DNA of 32,000 nt from Candidatus Saccharimonadota bacterium (GCA_001761425.1 CP012986.1:390001-422000), one strand, 5' to 3'. Shown: positions 9,114 through 17,147, counted from the first letter of the stretch. Made by a program: numbers and translations. The notes: generated by a model not told the origin, from the sequence alone.

Positions 9114-9314
9114 TCATTTTTCCAGCTGGAAGATTTTCTCTACTTCTGTATTGAAGGCCTCTGCTATCTTCAGTGCTAGTTCCAGGCTTGGATTGTACTT
9201 TCCGTTTTCTATGGAGTTGACTGTCTGTCTTGAGACATCAAGCTCTCTGGAAAGCTGTTCCTGGGTTATCTCCTTTTTTTCTCTGTGTTCTCTGACCTGG
9301 TTTTTGATCTTCAT
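9114..9314 (-). CDS. XRE-family helix-turn-helix regulator (66 aa)
   Basis: Reads [55 protein letters not shown] chose the internal ATG at 9314; the upstream extension to 9473 overlaps the neighbouring gene and is not HTH-like. The palindromic TATA-like AGGTT-TTT-AACCT lies at about 9339-9351. Confidence 0.85.
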   Translation of the reverse strand: MKIKNQVREHREKKEITQEQLSRELDVSRQTVNSIENGKYNPSLELALKIAEAFNTEVEKIFQLEK

Positions 9315-9409
9315 AGGTTCTGTTCTCGTACCTAGGTTTTTAACCTGATTTAGTTCATTCAGCCTCCATAAAACTCTGTTTAAGCTTGGCGTCTTTTTAC
9401 AGGAGCTTT

Positions 9410-9808
9410 TTAGTGGTTTAGACCTCTGAACCGTTTCCATCCCTCTATCATTAAGGCAAGTAATAGAATACATCCCCAGGTCAGATAGACAGGTCTCAGG
9501 AAGTCAGGATAGCTCATATAGTCGAGGCCCATGCCTATCGAGACCCCGATCATCACAACGCCGAGGAATACACCGCTCCACATCAAGGCCTGATGTGAGG
9601 ATTCTTCTGCAAGACTGATATCGCGTTCGTCAAATATAGGCCTCTCACTGTTTTTCCTGATATAGTACAGAAGAGTCACCGCCAGGATAATTATGCCGGC
9701 TGACAGAAGTTGCATTCCGTAGTTGAAAGCCACGACTGATAGGATCATCCCTGTCAGAAGGACTGAGTAGTATGCTTTTTTCCCTTCAGATAATCTATCG
9801 AGCACCAT
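9410..9808 (-). CDS. Small integral membrane protein, DUF2178-like (usual partner of the short XRE regulator)
   Basis: 132 aa with 4 hydrophobic helices and a FDERD motif after helix 2. The gene order, membrane protein followed by a short HTH, recurs in many prokaryotes. Confidence 0.7.
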   Translation of the reverse strand: MVLDRLSEGKKAYYSVLLTGMILSVVAFNYGMQLLSAGIIILAVTLLYYIRKNSERPIFDERDISLAEESSHQALMWSGVFLGVVMIGVSIGMGLDYMSYPDFLRPVYLTWGCILLLALMIEGWKRFRGLNH

Positions 9809-9822
9809 GAAAAATCACATTA

Positions 9823-9866
9823 TGTAAAGCGTCCTTTACACTTAAAAATGTAAAGGAGACTTTACG
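9823..9866. promoter_or_regulatory. Two palindromes, TGTAAAG-CGTC-CTTTACA (9823-9840) and TGTAAAG-GAGA-CTTTAC (9849-9865), bracketing a TTTTTAAG TATA-like box
   Basis: Read directly from the sequence. The pair lies 15-58 nt upstream of the ATG at 9808, with a centre-to-centre spacing of about 26 bp. Confidence 0.6.
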
Positions 9867-9892
9867 TCAGGATGATGAATTGAAAGAAAAAT

Positions 9893-10969
9893 TTAGGATG
9901 ACAGTTTTTTCTCAACTTCTTTCCTGATACTCTGTTTAAGGCCTGGAAGGGAGATTTCTTCGATAACTGGTTCGAAGTAGCCTTTGACGATAAGTTTTCG
10001 TGCCTGTTCTTCGGAGAGGCCTCGAGAGTTCAGGTAGTGAACTTCTTTCTCCGGCAGGTTTCCGGCGGAAGCTGCGTGTGAGGCCTCGACGTTTGGGTCA
10101 TGGATCATAAGTTTTGGAGAGGCATCGACTTCTGCCTTGTCGGAGAGCATCAGAACTTCTTCATCCTGGAAGCTTTGTGTCTCATCTGCTCTATCGCCAA
10201 CGTGCTGGAGGCCTTCATATACTGAACGTGCTTTGTCGTCGACTACTGCCCGGGAGTCCATCTGGCATCTTGTGTTTTCTCCGTAATGGTATGCATGCAT
10301 TGCGATGTCGTTGTGCTGTTCGCCTGTCGGGTACCAGACCGCTAGTTTTTCAGTCTCCGAGTTATCTCCTTTCAGAGAGGTCTCTATCTTCGTACGCTTA
10401 AGATCTCCGTGGAACTGTGAGTTCAGCCAGTTCATCGTCCCGTAATCCGACACAACAGCCTTCCTCCTGGAGTAGGTCAGTTCGGAGTTCGAGGCCTCTA
10501 CCGCACCGTAGTTCACCGTTGCGTTTTCTCCGACATAGATCTCGTTGATGGAGGTCAAAAGGCCTTTATTCCTGAACTCTTCGGTTAACTCAAGCTCGGA
10601 GTTCTTTTCAGCGTCCACTACAACATGTGCAAAAGTATCAGCCTCTTCTTTGTATTCTATGTTAACTGAGGCCTGGCCTGAGGCCCTGATATAGATTACA
10701 GAGTTAAGGTTGGCTGTGTGTACTGCTGTCAGCTTGTCCTCGTCGAATTTTACTGCATCGAAAAGTTTTTCTCCCGCTTCTTTTACTGCTTTCTCTCCTG
10801 TGAGAACTTCTGCATCTCCCTCTACCTCAGTTTCAGGCCTCGCTTCTTCGGAATCCGCCTCTACCTCTGGGTAGCGGGTCCATGTCCTTCCCGGAGTTCT
10901 GATGGATTCCGGGTTTTCAAGTTCTTCGATCCTCTTGGAGGCCTTTTCCCTGATTGTTTCGATTGTCAT
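9893..10969 (-). CDS. sufD: Fe-S cluster assembly protein SufD
   Basis: The C-terminus EASHAASAGNLPEKEVHYLNSRGLSEEQARKLIVKGYF is the SufB/SufD family signature. I chose the ATG at 10969; the alternative ATG at 11020 lies inside the operator palindrome. Confidence 0.85.
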   Translation of the reverse strand: MTIETIREKASKRIEELENPESIRTPGRTWTRYPEVEADSEEARPETEVEGDAEVLTGEKAVKEAGEKLFDAVKFDEDKLTAVHTANLNSVIYIRASGQASVNIEYKEEADTFAHVVVDAEKNSELELTEEFRNKGLLTSINEIYVGENATVNYGAVEASNSELTYSRRKAVVSDYGTMNWLNSQFHGDLKRTKIETSLKGDNSETEKLAVWYPTGEQHNDIAMHAYHYGENTRCQMDSRAVVDDKARSVYEGLQHVGDRADETQSFQDEEVLMLSDKAEVDASPKLMIHDPNVEASHAASAGNLPEKEVHYLNSRGLSEEQARKLIVKGYFEPVIEEISLPGLKQSIRKEVEKKLSS

Positions 10970-11012
10970 ATCTGCTTTTTGGTCGGTAAACTGTAAAAAA
11001 GGATGCCGAAAG

Positions 11013-11026
11013 TTAGGCATGCCTAA
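11013..11026. promoter_or_regulatory. Palindrome TTAGG-CATG-CCTAA upstream of sufD
   Basis: Perfect 14-bp palindrome 44-57 nt upstream of ATG 10969. It lies immediately downstream (in the direction of transcription) of the T-rich element CTTTTTTATG at about 11031-11040. Confidence 0.55.
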
Positions 11027-11172
11027 TCCACATAAAAAAGAAAGGGAGTGGGGGGAGAAGTTTTTTTACTCGCCTAGCAGGCCTTGGAGACTTGAAAGAA
11101 GGTATCAAGGAAGCTGTATCTGTTTTTATTGATGGAGAGTCCTGTATCTAGGTTTTTTATCTGAGACACCTC

Positions 11173-11189
11173 GAAACCCTACGGGTTTC
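11173..11189 (-). other. Perfect 7-bp stem hairpin GAAACCC-tac-GGGTTTC just downstream of the sufB stop
   Basis: Seen in the sequence, 18 nt past the sufB stop codon. No clear oligo-T tract follows on the minus strand, so a terminator role is uncertain. Confidence 0.3.
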
Positions 11190-11206
11190 TGCGAAGTTTA
11201 GAATTT

Positions 11207-12607
11207 TCATCCTAAACTGCCCTCCATCTCAAGTTCTATCAGTCTGTTAAGCTCTACTGCGTATTCGAGAGGTAGTTCTTTTGCGATCGGTTCGATGAAT
11301 CCTCTTACGATCATTTCTTTGGCTTCTTCCTCTTCTATGCCTCTGGACATCATGTAATGGATTTCTTCGTCGCCGATTTTTCCAACTGTTGCTTCATGTG
11401 CTACTTCTACGTCGTCTTCCTTGAGTTCGATGTAAGGCTCTGTATCAGAGGTGGCTTCTTCGTCGAACATCAGTGCATCGCATTCAATGCTGGTTTTCGA
11501 GCCTGAGGCTCCTTCAGAGACTCTTATAAGGCCTCTGTAGTTTGTTCTTCCGCTTCCCTGGGAGATCGATTTGGATTCGATCGTTGATTTTGTGTTTTCT
11601 GCGTTGTGGATGACTTTTGCTCCTGTGTCGATGTCCTGGCCGTCTCCTGCGTATGAGATTGTGATATGGTTGGCTTTTGCGCCTTTACCGTTCAGATGCG
11701 AGGACGGATAGAGCATCGTGACTTTTGATCCCATGGATCCTGAGACCCATTCCATCGTGCCGTTCTCTTCGACTTTTGCACGTTTAGTATTCAGATTGTA
11801 CGTATTCTTTGACCAGTTCTGGACGGTCGAGTACTGGACATGCGCATCCTCTTTTACGAATACTTCGACGCAGCCGGAGTGAAGGTTGTTTCTCGTGTAC
11901 TGTGGCGCGGAACATCCTTCAATGTAGTGGACGGTCGAGTTTTTCTCCGCAATTATCAAAGTGTGTTCGAACTGACCCATTCCCTTCGAGTTCATCCTGA
12001 AGTAGGCCTGAACAGGTATCTCGACCTCTACCCCTTCTGGAACGTAGACAAAGCTTCCGCCTGACCACACTGCGCCGTGTAGGGCTGCGAACTTGTTGTC
12101 CTGAGGCGGGACGCACTTGTTCATGAAGTATTCTTTGACCAGCTCTTCGTGCTCCTGTACTGCCTTATCCATATCGCAGAAGATAACTCCTTTCTCTTCC
12201 CATTCCTCTTTCATGTTCTGGTAGACCACTTCTGATTCGTACTGCGCTCCTACGCCGGATAGAGCTTCTTTCTCGGCTTCAGGGATCCCAAGCTTGTCAA
12301 AAGTATCTTTAATTTCTTCAGGGACTTCTTCCCAGGAATCGCTCTGTTCTCCCTCTGCAACCATGAAAGGAGTAATCTCTGAGAAATCAAGATCTGAAAG
12401 GTCCGGACCCCAGTCTGGCATAGGCCTTCTCTTGAAGTGATTGTAGGCCTGAAGGCGTTTTTTCAGCATCCATTCCGGTTCGTCTTTTTCTTCGGAGATT
12501 TTTCTTACGACTTCTTCTGATAGGCCTTTTCCGGAGTCGTACTCGATTTCTGCATCCGTTACGTGTTCAAATTTTTCCTGGTTCTTCTGGATTTCTTCAT
12601 TGCTCAT
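11207..12607 (-). CDS. sufB: Fe-S cluster assembly scaffold SufB
   Basis: 466 aa with FVYVPEGVEVEIPVQAYFRMN and a C-terminal HEATVGKIGDEEIHYMMSRGIEEEEAKEMIVRGF typical of SufB. Confidence 0.95.
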   Translation of the reverse strand: MSNEEIQKNQEKFEHVTDAEIEYDSGKGLSEEVVRKISEEKDEPEWMLKKRLQAYNHFKRRPMPDWGPDLSDLDFSEITPFMVAEGEQSDSWEEVPEEIKDTFDKLGIPEAEKEALSGVGAQYESEVVYQNMKEEWEEKGVIFCDMDKAVQEHEELVKEYFMNKCVPPQDNKFAALHGAVWSGGSFVYVPEGVEVEIPVQAYFRMNSKGMGQFEHTLIIAEKNSTVHYIEGCSAPQYTRNNLHSGCVEVFVKEDAHVQYSTVQNWSKNTYNLNTKRAKVEENGTMEWVSGSMGSKVTMLYPSSHLNGKGAKANHITISYAGDGQDIDTGAKVIHNAENTKSTIESKSISQGSGRTNYRGLIRVSEGASGSKTSIECDALMFDEEATSDTEPYIELKEDDVEVAHEATVGKIGDEEIHYMMSRGIEEEEAKEMIVRGFIEPIAKELPLEYAVELNRLIELEMEGSLG

Positions 12608-12614
12608 AACATTT

Positions 12615-12628
12615 TTAGGTAGGCCTAA
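12615..12628. promoter_or_regulatory. Palindrome TTAGG-TAGG-CCTAA (extended TTTAGG-N4-CCTAAA) upstream of sufB
   Basis: Perfect inverted repeat 8-21 nt upstream of the sufB ATG. It is directly flanked by TTTAAA (12633-12638), about 28 nt from the ATG, which is consistent with a leaderless transcript and an operator between TATA and TSS. Confidence 0.6.
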
Positions 12629-12662
12629 ATCTTTAAATCCTGAGTAGGCCGAGTTTCTGGTT

Positions 12663-14144
12663 TTATACTTTGAGGCCTAGGTAGTTGTTTTTTGGAGGGT
12701 TTTCTCCTTTGGAGACCTGTTTTTGTTCTTTTTCTGCTTTTCTTCTTTTTTCGTCTATCTCCTGTTTTAGGGCCTTGATGTTGGGGAGTTTGGTAGCTTC
12801 TTTGGCCAGTCTTCTTTCTATTTTCTGTTCCAGTCTTCTCTCTTTTTCGTACTGGTCTTCTTCCCATTCTTCTCTTTTGATTTTTTGTTTTTCCTCTTTT
12901 CTGATTTCTTCTATCTCTTCTTCTATGATCTGTGCTGTGTCAAGGTATGTATCCAGGTTTCTGAACAGTTCTCTGATATTTGAAATGTTTTTCTCGTTGA
13001 AGCGTGTTTCAAGATCCTGTTTGTATCCTTTGCTCCATTTAGAGTTGTCTCTGCTTGAGAAATACTTTGTCTGCTGTTCAAGGAGTTCGTATAACTGTTT
13101 TCTGACTTCGGGATAGCCGGGGCCTTTCATATCCTGACCTGTTAGTGATTTCTCCGCTGTTCTGAGGAACTGTACTGTCTCTTTGAGCTCGGATTTTCTC
13201 GGTGCTCTGTATCTTCTCCAGTTATCATCGTATTCCTCACGGATTTTTTCTGTCAAGTCTTTCACGTTGTGGGCCTGTCTGTCCATCTGCTTCAAATAGT
13301 ATTTCAGTTTCTCTATCCTGTACTCCATCTCCTTCAGGAACTGCATCTCTTCCTCTATGTCGTCGTGAGCTTTCACAGAAATCGAGAACCGATCCATTTC
13401 CCAGACGCACTCTTTTTTCAGCCATCTGACATATTCCATGATCGATACAAGGCCTTCGGAGCAGTCCTTATCCTCTACACCTCTAACATACTTCAGATCC
13501 AGGTCTGCAGTAGCATACTGGAGTTGCTCGTTATTTCTTAACTGTGTGGCAATCCTGCACTGCTCCCTGAACTCTTCTTTCGTATAATTTCTTTCCATAA
13601 GCTCCAGGCTGTCACAGCGTATGTTATCTCTGTTCTTCAACCTGTTGACAACAGTTACAAGATCTGTAGGTATATGGACTTTCAGGAGAATGCTCTCTGA
13701 GGCCTGAGGCCTGTAATAACCCTTTTCTTCGACAACGTTCCTTGGCGCAAAGAAATTTCCAGGTTCTCTCGTATCCATTTTTTCATCGTACATCGGGTCA
13801 CGGTTCTCTTTTCCTGCTTCAAGAAACTCTTTCCATACTCTATGCGCCTCCTCGTCTGTGAGGCCTTCTTCTTGTTTTATCTTGTTCATGTACCATTCTT
13901 TCCAGGCCTCAAAAGAATTTTGACCTGTGTTGCCATTGTTGTTCGTAGGTATCAGGTAACGAGTGTTCAGGACTGATGCCAGCTTCTTGTCCTGTCCTCC
14001 AGGGTAGTTTTTCATGCTGGAGCTGTGTTCGCGTGGAAAAAAGATTTCACGTGAAGTACCCCGGTAGGCAAGGATGTAGTCATGCTCAAAAGGCCAGGTA
14101 TCTATCTCTCCCTCTGCAAACTTCTCTGCACTCCATACGCTCAT
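12663..14144 (-). CDS. Orphan protein of about 493 aa with a W/Y/K/R-rich globular part and a K/E-rich C-terminal tail
   Basis: Long open frame. I prefer the ATG at 14144 (MSVWSAEKFAEGE...) because the track extension to 14387 is S/P/R-rich and overlaps the plus-strand ORF at 14291. I recognise no family. Confidence 0.6.
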   Translation of the reverse strand: MSVWSAEKFAEGEIDTWPFEHDYILAYRGTSREIFFPREHSSSMKNYPGGQDKKLASVLNTRYLIPTNNNGNTGQNSFEAWKEWYMNKIKQEEGLTDEEAHRVWKEFLEAGKENRDPMYDEKMDTREPGNFFAPRNVVEEKGYYRPQASESILLKVHIPTDLVTVVNRLKNRDNIRCDSLELMERNYTKEEFREQCRIATQLRNNEQLQYATADLDLKYVRGVEDKDCSEGLVSIMEYVRWLKKECVWEMDRFSISVKAHDDIEEEMQFLKEMEYRIEKLKYYLKQMDRQAHNVKDLTEKIREEYDDNWRRYRAPRKSELKETVQFLRTAEKSLTGQDMKGPGYPEVRKQLYELLEQQTKYFSSRDNSKWSKGYKQDLETRFNEKNISNIRELFRNLDTYLDTAQIIEEEIEEIRKEEKQKIKREEWEEDQYEKERRLEQKIERRLAKEATKLPNIKALKQEIDEKRRKAEKEQKQVSKGENPPKNNYLGLKV

Positions 14145-14290
14145 GTAAAGGCTTTCCAGATGCTTCCTGTTAAAATTTTCCGGAGGGAATAAGGCCTGAT
14201 TATTTATAGAGAATTTTCTGAGGGATGTGGCTGAGGTATTGGATCCTGATATTTTAAATACGGCCTTCTTCACGTGTATAACTGCTGAAA

Positions 14291-14641
14291 ATGTCAGTAG
14301 AGGGGAATAATTACGGCCAGATGCTGGAGAACTCTCATCTGGAGGGTAGCGAAGATTTCTGGATAAAGGAAGTTCTTGAAGAAGCAACTGGCATCTACGG
14401 AGAAAGAAAAGGCCTTGACACCGGTCTTCATGAGGCTGAGTCGCTTTCTGAAGGATATACGGGTTATGTGCTTGAGAACCGGGGTCTTGATCGGAAAATA
14501 CTGGGTTTTGAGGTTGCTCCTGTGATTTCAGAAGAACATGGTACGGGTTTTGCTGTGAGGCCTGAGGAAGACAGTGAAGAATACGGTGATTTCAAGGATG
14601 CTATCTTTAAGGCCATTTATCGTGACGTTGAAGGCTTCTAG
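14291..14641 (+). CDS. Acidic hypothetical protein (116 aa)
   Basis: The ORF has proteome-typical acidic composition and is divergent from the orphan gene. Its stop overlaps the ribL stop (CTAG). Confidence 0.45.
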   Translation: MSVEGNNYGQMLENSHLEGSEDFWIKEVLEEATGIYGERKGLDTGLHEAESLSEGYTGYVLENRGLDRKILGFEVAPVISEEHGTGFAVRPEEDSEEYGDFKDAIFKAIYRDVEGF

Positions 14642-15033
14642 CTGCTTCTGATGTTGCTGGAGGAGTAATCTTCAAGGCCTGAGATTCTTTCGACATTTAC
14701 TTCGTGGTCTGTGGCTTTCTTTGCCATTTTCTTTACTTTTTCTTCGTCGTGATTCTGGTCGTAGCCCAGAGTTATGATTTCAGGATCGATCTCTCTGACG
14801 GTTGAGTATATGTCGCCTTTGCTTCCAAGAACTGCTTCGTCTACAGGGTCCAGGGCCTCAACCATTTTTTTTCTCTCTTCCTCATCGAAGTACGGGCCTT
14901 TCTTTTCCTTTACTCTGGAGTCCCGGGCGATTACCACTACGAGTTCGTCTCCCAGCTCCTTTGATTTTTTCAGGTAGTGCAGATGGCCGGGATGCAGGAT
15001 GTCGAACGTTCCCTGCGCCATGACTTTGACCAT
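14638..15033 (-). CDS. ribL: Archaeal FAD synthetase RibL (cytidylyltransferase-fold nucleotidyltransferase)
   Basis: Contains AQGTFDILHPGHLHYLKKSKELGDELVVVIARDSRV, i.e. an HxGH motif and close overall similarity to the Methanocaldococcus RibL pattern; 131 aa. Confidence 0.8.
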   Translation of the reverse strand: MVKVMAQGTFDILHPGHLHYLKKSKELGDELVVVIARDSRVKEKKGPYFDEEERKKMVEALDPVDEAVLGSKGDIYSTVREIDPEIITLGYDQNHDEEKVKKMAKKATDHEVNVERISGLEDYSSSNIRSS

Positions 15034-15281
15034 GTAGATGTTTCTGTGGTGAACAGTTAAGTTTTCAGGCCTTCAGTAGGTGGCTCTCGCAGCTACCTGT
15101 CAACTTTTTCGGAACAGAAAGGTCTGGAGGTCAAAGTCAGGGATTTAACCACGGCTTTAGAGGAAGGCCTCGAGCTTGACTGGGGGAAAATGAATAGTAA
15201 GACATGTTATGTACCGCAGGGACGGAGAAACAGGTAGTTGGGGCTTCAGGTTTTAGATAAAAGGTGTTGAGGCCTTCTAAT

Positions 15282-17117
15282 CTATGTTTGGTCGAAAAAT
15301 TCTTGTATTTCCTTCCACGGTGCCCTGCTTTTTTTCAGATTTGTCTCGGGAGGAAAGACTTTCCGGTAGTTGCTCCATGAGTATCTTTTATCCATGTAGA
15401 TTATTACGCCTTCGTCTTCTTTTGAGCGAATGCAGCGTCCTGCGGCCTGTACTGCTCGGTTCATTGCGGGATAGCTGTATCCGTAGTCCCAGCCTTTGCC
15501 GAATTTTTTGTCCAGGAAATCGATTAGGCCTTTGGTCTCTAGGTCAGGTCTTTGGAGGGGGAGGCCTACGATGAATACGCCTTTGAGTTTTTCTCCTGGG
15601 TAGTCTATTCCTTCTCCGAAGGAGCCTGCGGCGACTCCGAGTAAGACGGAGTCTCCTTCGCTTGCTGTGGCTGCGAAGTTGTCGAGGACTTCCTGTTTGC
15701 CTTCTTTGTCGAGGCTGCGGTCTTCAGTGAATATTTTTCTGTCTGTGTGGTTCTGTAGTTCTTCTTTTATTTTGTACATGAAGCTGTAGCTCGGGAAGAA
15801 TACTGCGCAGTTTCCTTCGACGGCTTCGAAGCTTTTGGAGAGGTACCAGGCGTATTTCTGTCGCATGGATTCGTCTCTTTCCTCATATTTGGTTGTCAGC
15901 GTTGGAATTACTAGTTCTAGCTTGTTCTCTTCCGGGAAGGGTGATCCGAATTCGACTGACTCGTTTTTTTCCTCGTCTATGCCGAGAAGGTCGACGTACA
16001 TGGAGGGAGGTGTCAGGGTCCCGGACATCAGGACTGAGGCCTTTGATCCGTTCAGTGGTTTTTCTGTGGAGATCTGTGGGTTGAGACAGGAGTAGTTGAT
16101 CTGGATGCGTCTGTCTCCTCCATCGCCTATTACTCGTTTTATGGAGCGTACGAATCCTTTGTCTTTGCCTTTCCAGGCCTCCAGGAACTCTGCGATACCT
16201 GCACAGTAACTTTTTTCTTTTTCCTCATGTACTTCTTCAGCGGCTGCTTCAAGGTCCACTATCAGTTCCTCGTAGCTGTGGAAGTTATCGACAGGATCTT
16301 TCAGATCTTTTTTCTTTACAGTGTCTTCGTGTTCCTGCTGTCCAAGTTTTTCACGGCCGAGTCTGAGGACTTCGTTCTTTAACTGCTCGAGGTTCTCCTG
16401 TTCAGGGTAGTAACCGAACTTTTCCGCTTCAGTGATCGCCCTGTCTATGTTAGGTACGGAGAGGTTGTTGGAGAACAGGCTTCTCGTCCTCGAAGGCAGA
16501 TTATGGGCTTCATCAACCACTATGATAGTATCGCTCAGATCTATCTCCGCTTTCTCAAGTACGATATCCCGCACCGCAGGATGAAATATGTGGAAATAGT
16601 CAGCGACAATAAGATCTGCCTTCTGGGTCATATAAAGCGAGATCTGGTAGGCACATACGTCCTTACATCTTTTCTTAACCTCTTCAGCTGTCAAGGCCTC
16701 GTTCTGTAATTCCTTGATCTTTTTCTTGGCCTTATCCGTTAATTCGTGGCTATCAGTAAAAGTGTTGTCGTGGCGGGGACAGTCAGGGCCTTCGCCTGTC
16801 CTCGATATGGAGTCTGCTTCACATAGATGGTCTTTTCCGATTAAATCTACAGTTTTGACGTTTGCATCCTGTCTTTCGTTTATTTTTTTCGCTGTCTCAA
16901 GTGCGATCTGGTGCTGGCTGTTCCTGGGTGTCAGGAAGAGAACTTTTTCGTCTCCCTGAAGAGCTTTCTCCAGGCCTGGTGTCAGTGATGCTGCGGTCTT
17001 CCCAAGGCCTGTTGGCGCATGTGATACAACTGTTCCCTCCCTGTCTATCGCTGAACGGACTTTCTCCATCATCTTTTCCTGTTTTTCCCTTTTCTCGTTG
17101 AATGGGAATAGATTCAT
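15282..17117 (-). CDS. xpd: XPD/Rad3 (DinG-family) Fe-S DNA helicase
   Basis: Walker A APTGLGKT, DEAH box VVDEAHNL, four Cys in the Fe-S domain (DHLCE...GPDCP...KRCKDVCAY) and C-terminal QAAGRCIR. ATG 17117 is preferred because a TTAAAT element sits about 27 nt upstream. Confidence 0.85.
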   Translation of the reverse strand: MNLFPFNEKREKQEKMMEKVRSAIDREGTVVSHAPTGLGKTAASLTPGLEKALQGDEKVLFLTPRNSQHQIALETAKKINERQDANVKTVDLIGKDHLCEADSISRTGEGPDCPRHDNTFTDSHELTDKAKKKIKELQNEALTAEEVKKRCKDVCAYQISLYMTQKADLIVADYFHIFHPAVRDIVLEKAEIDLSDTIIVVDEAHNLPSRTRSLFSNNLSVPNIDRAITEAEKFGYYPEQENLEQLKNEVLRLGREKLGQQEHEDTVKKKDLKDPVDNFHSYEELIVDLEAAAEEVHEEKEKSYCAGIAEFLEAWKGKDKGFVRSIKRVIGDGGDRRIQINYSCLNPQISTEKPLNGSKASVLMSGTLTPPSMYVDLLGIDEEKNESVEFGSPFPEENKLELVIPTLTTKYEERDESMRQKYAWYLSKSFEAVEGNCAVFFPSYSFMYKIKEELQNHTDRKIFTEDRSLDKEGKQEVLDNFAATASEGDSVLLGVAAGSFGEGIDYPGEKLKGVFIVGLPLQRPDLETKGLIDFLDKKFGKGWDYGYSYPAMNRAVQAAGRCIRSKEDEGVIIYMDKRYSWSNYRKVFPPETNLKKSRAPWKEIQEFFDQT

Positions 17118-17140
17118 GTAAGGTGACTCGGCGTGAAGTG

Positions 17141-17147
17141 ATTTAAG
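17141..17147 (-). promoter_or_regulatory. TATA-like element (CTTAAAT on the minus strand) about 27 nt upstream of xpd ATG 17117
   Basis: Its position relative to the ATG suggests a leaderless mRNA. Confidence 0.35.

Noticed and set aside
9315-9473. N-terminal extensions of track ORFs: 9315-9473 (XRE), 10970-11020 (sufD), 14145-14387 (orphan), 17118-17201 (xpd), 24662-24769 (small membrane protein) and 22403-22414 (rpl7ae GTG).
   Set aside because: The extensions overlap neighbouring genes or operator/TATA elements and have atypical composition. Internal ATGs sit about 26-30 nt downstream of TATA-like boxes or behind Shine-Dalgarno-like motifs. These starts remain predictions.
9871-9927. A possible box C/D sRNA on the plus strand: GATGATGA at 9871-9878, GGATGAC at about 9896 and CTGA at about 9924.
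   Set aside because: No acceptable D' box lies at the expected 12-nt guide spacing. There is no terminal stem, and the 3' half overlaps the sufD coding end on the other strand. It is probably a chance occurrence.
12625-12867. R/K-rich alternative-frame ORFs: 12625-12867, 18504-18938, 28632-28844, 30410-30841 and 5430-5621.
   Set aside because: All are out-of-frame overlaps of much longer, well-supported genes on the same strand. Their extreme basic, low-complexity composition is typical of frame-shifted reading of GA-rich codons.
13700-14144. An ADP-ribosyltransferase-like motif pair (AYRGTS ... QASESILL) in the orphan protein.
   Set aside because: The S-T-S motif at the expected spacing is absent, the E is not directly followed by the hydrophobic triplet as in known ExE toxins, and the spacing between elements is atypical. 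The evidence is insufficient for a call.
15034-15281. A 248-nt gene-free spacer between ribL and xpd, examined for a tRNA, small ORF or structured RNA.
   Set aside because: No cloverleaf, no ORF longer than 22 codons and no convincing long stem was found. It contains three AGGCCT copies but nothing else I can support.
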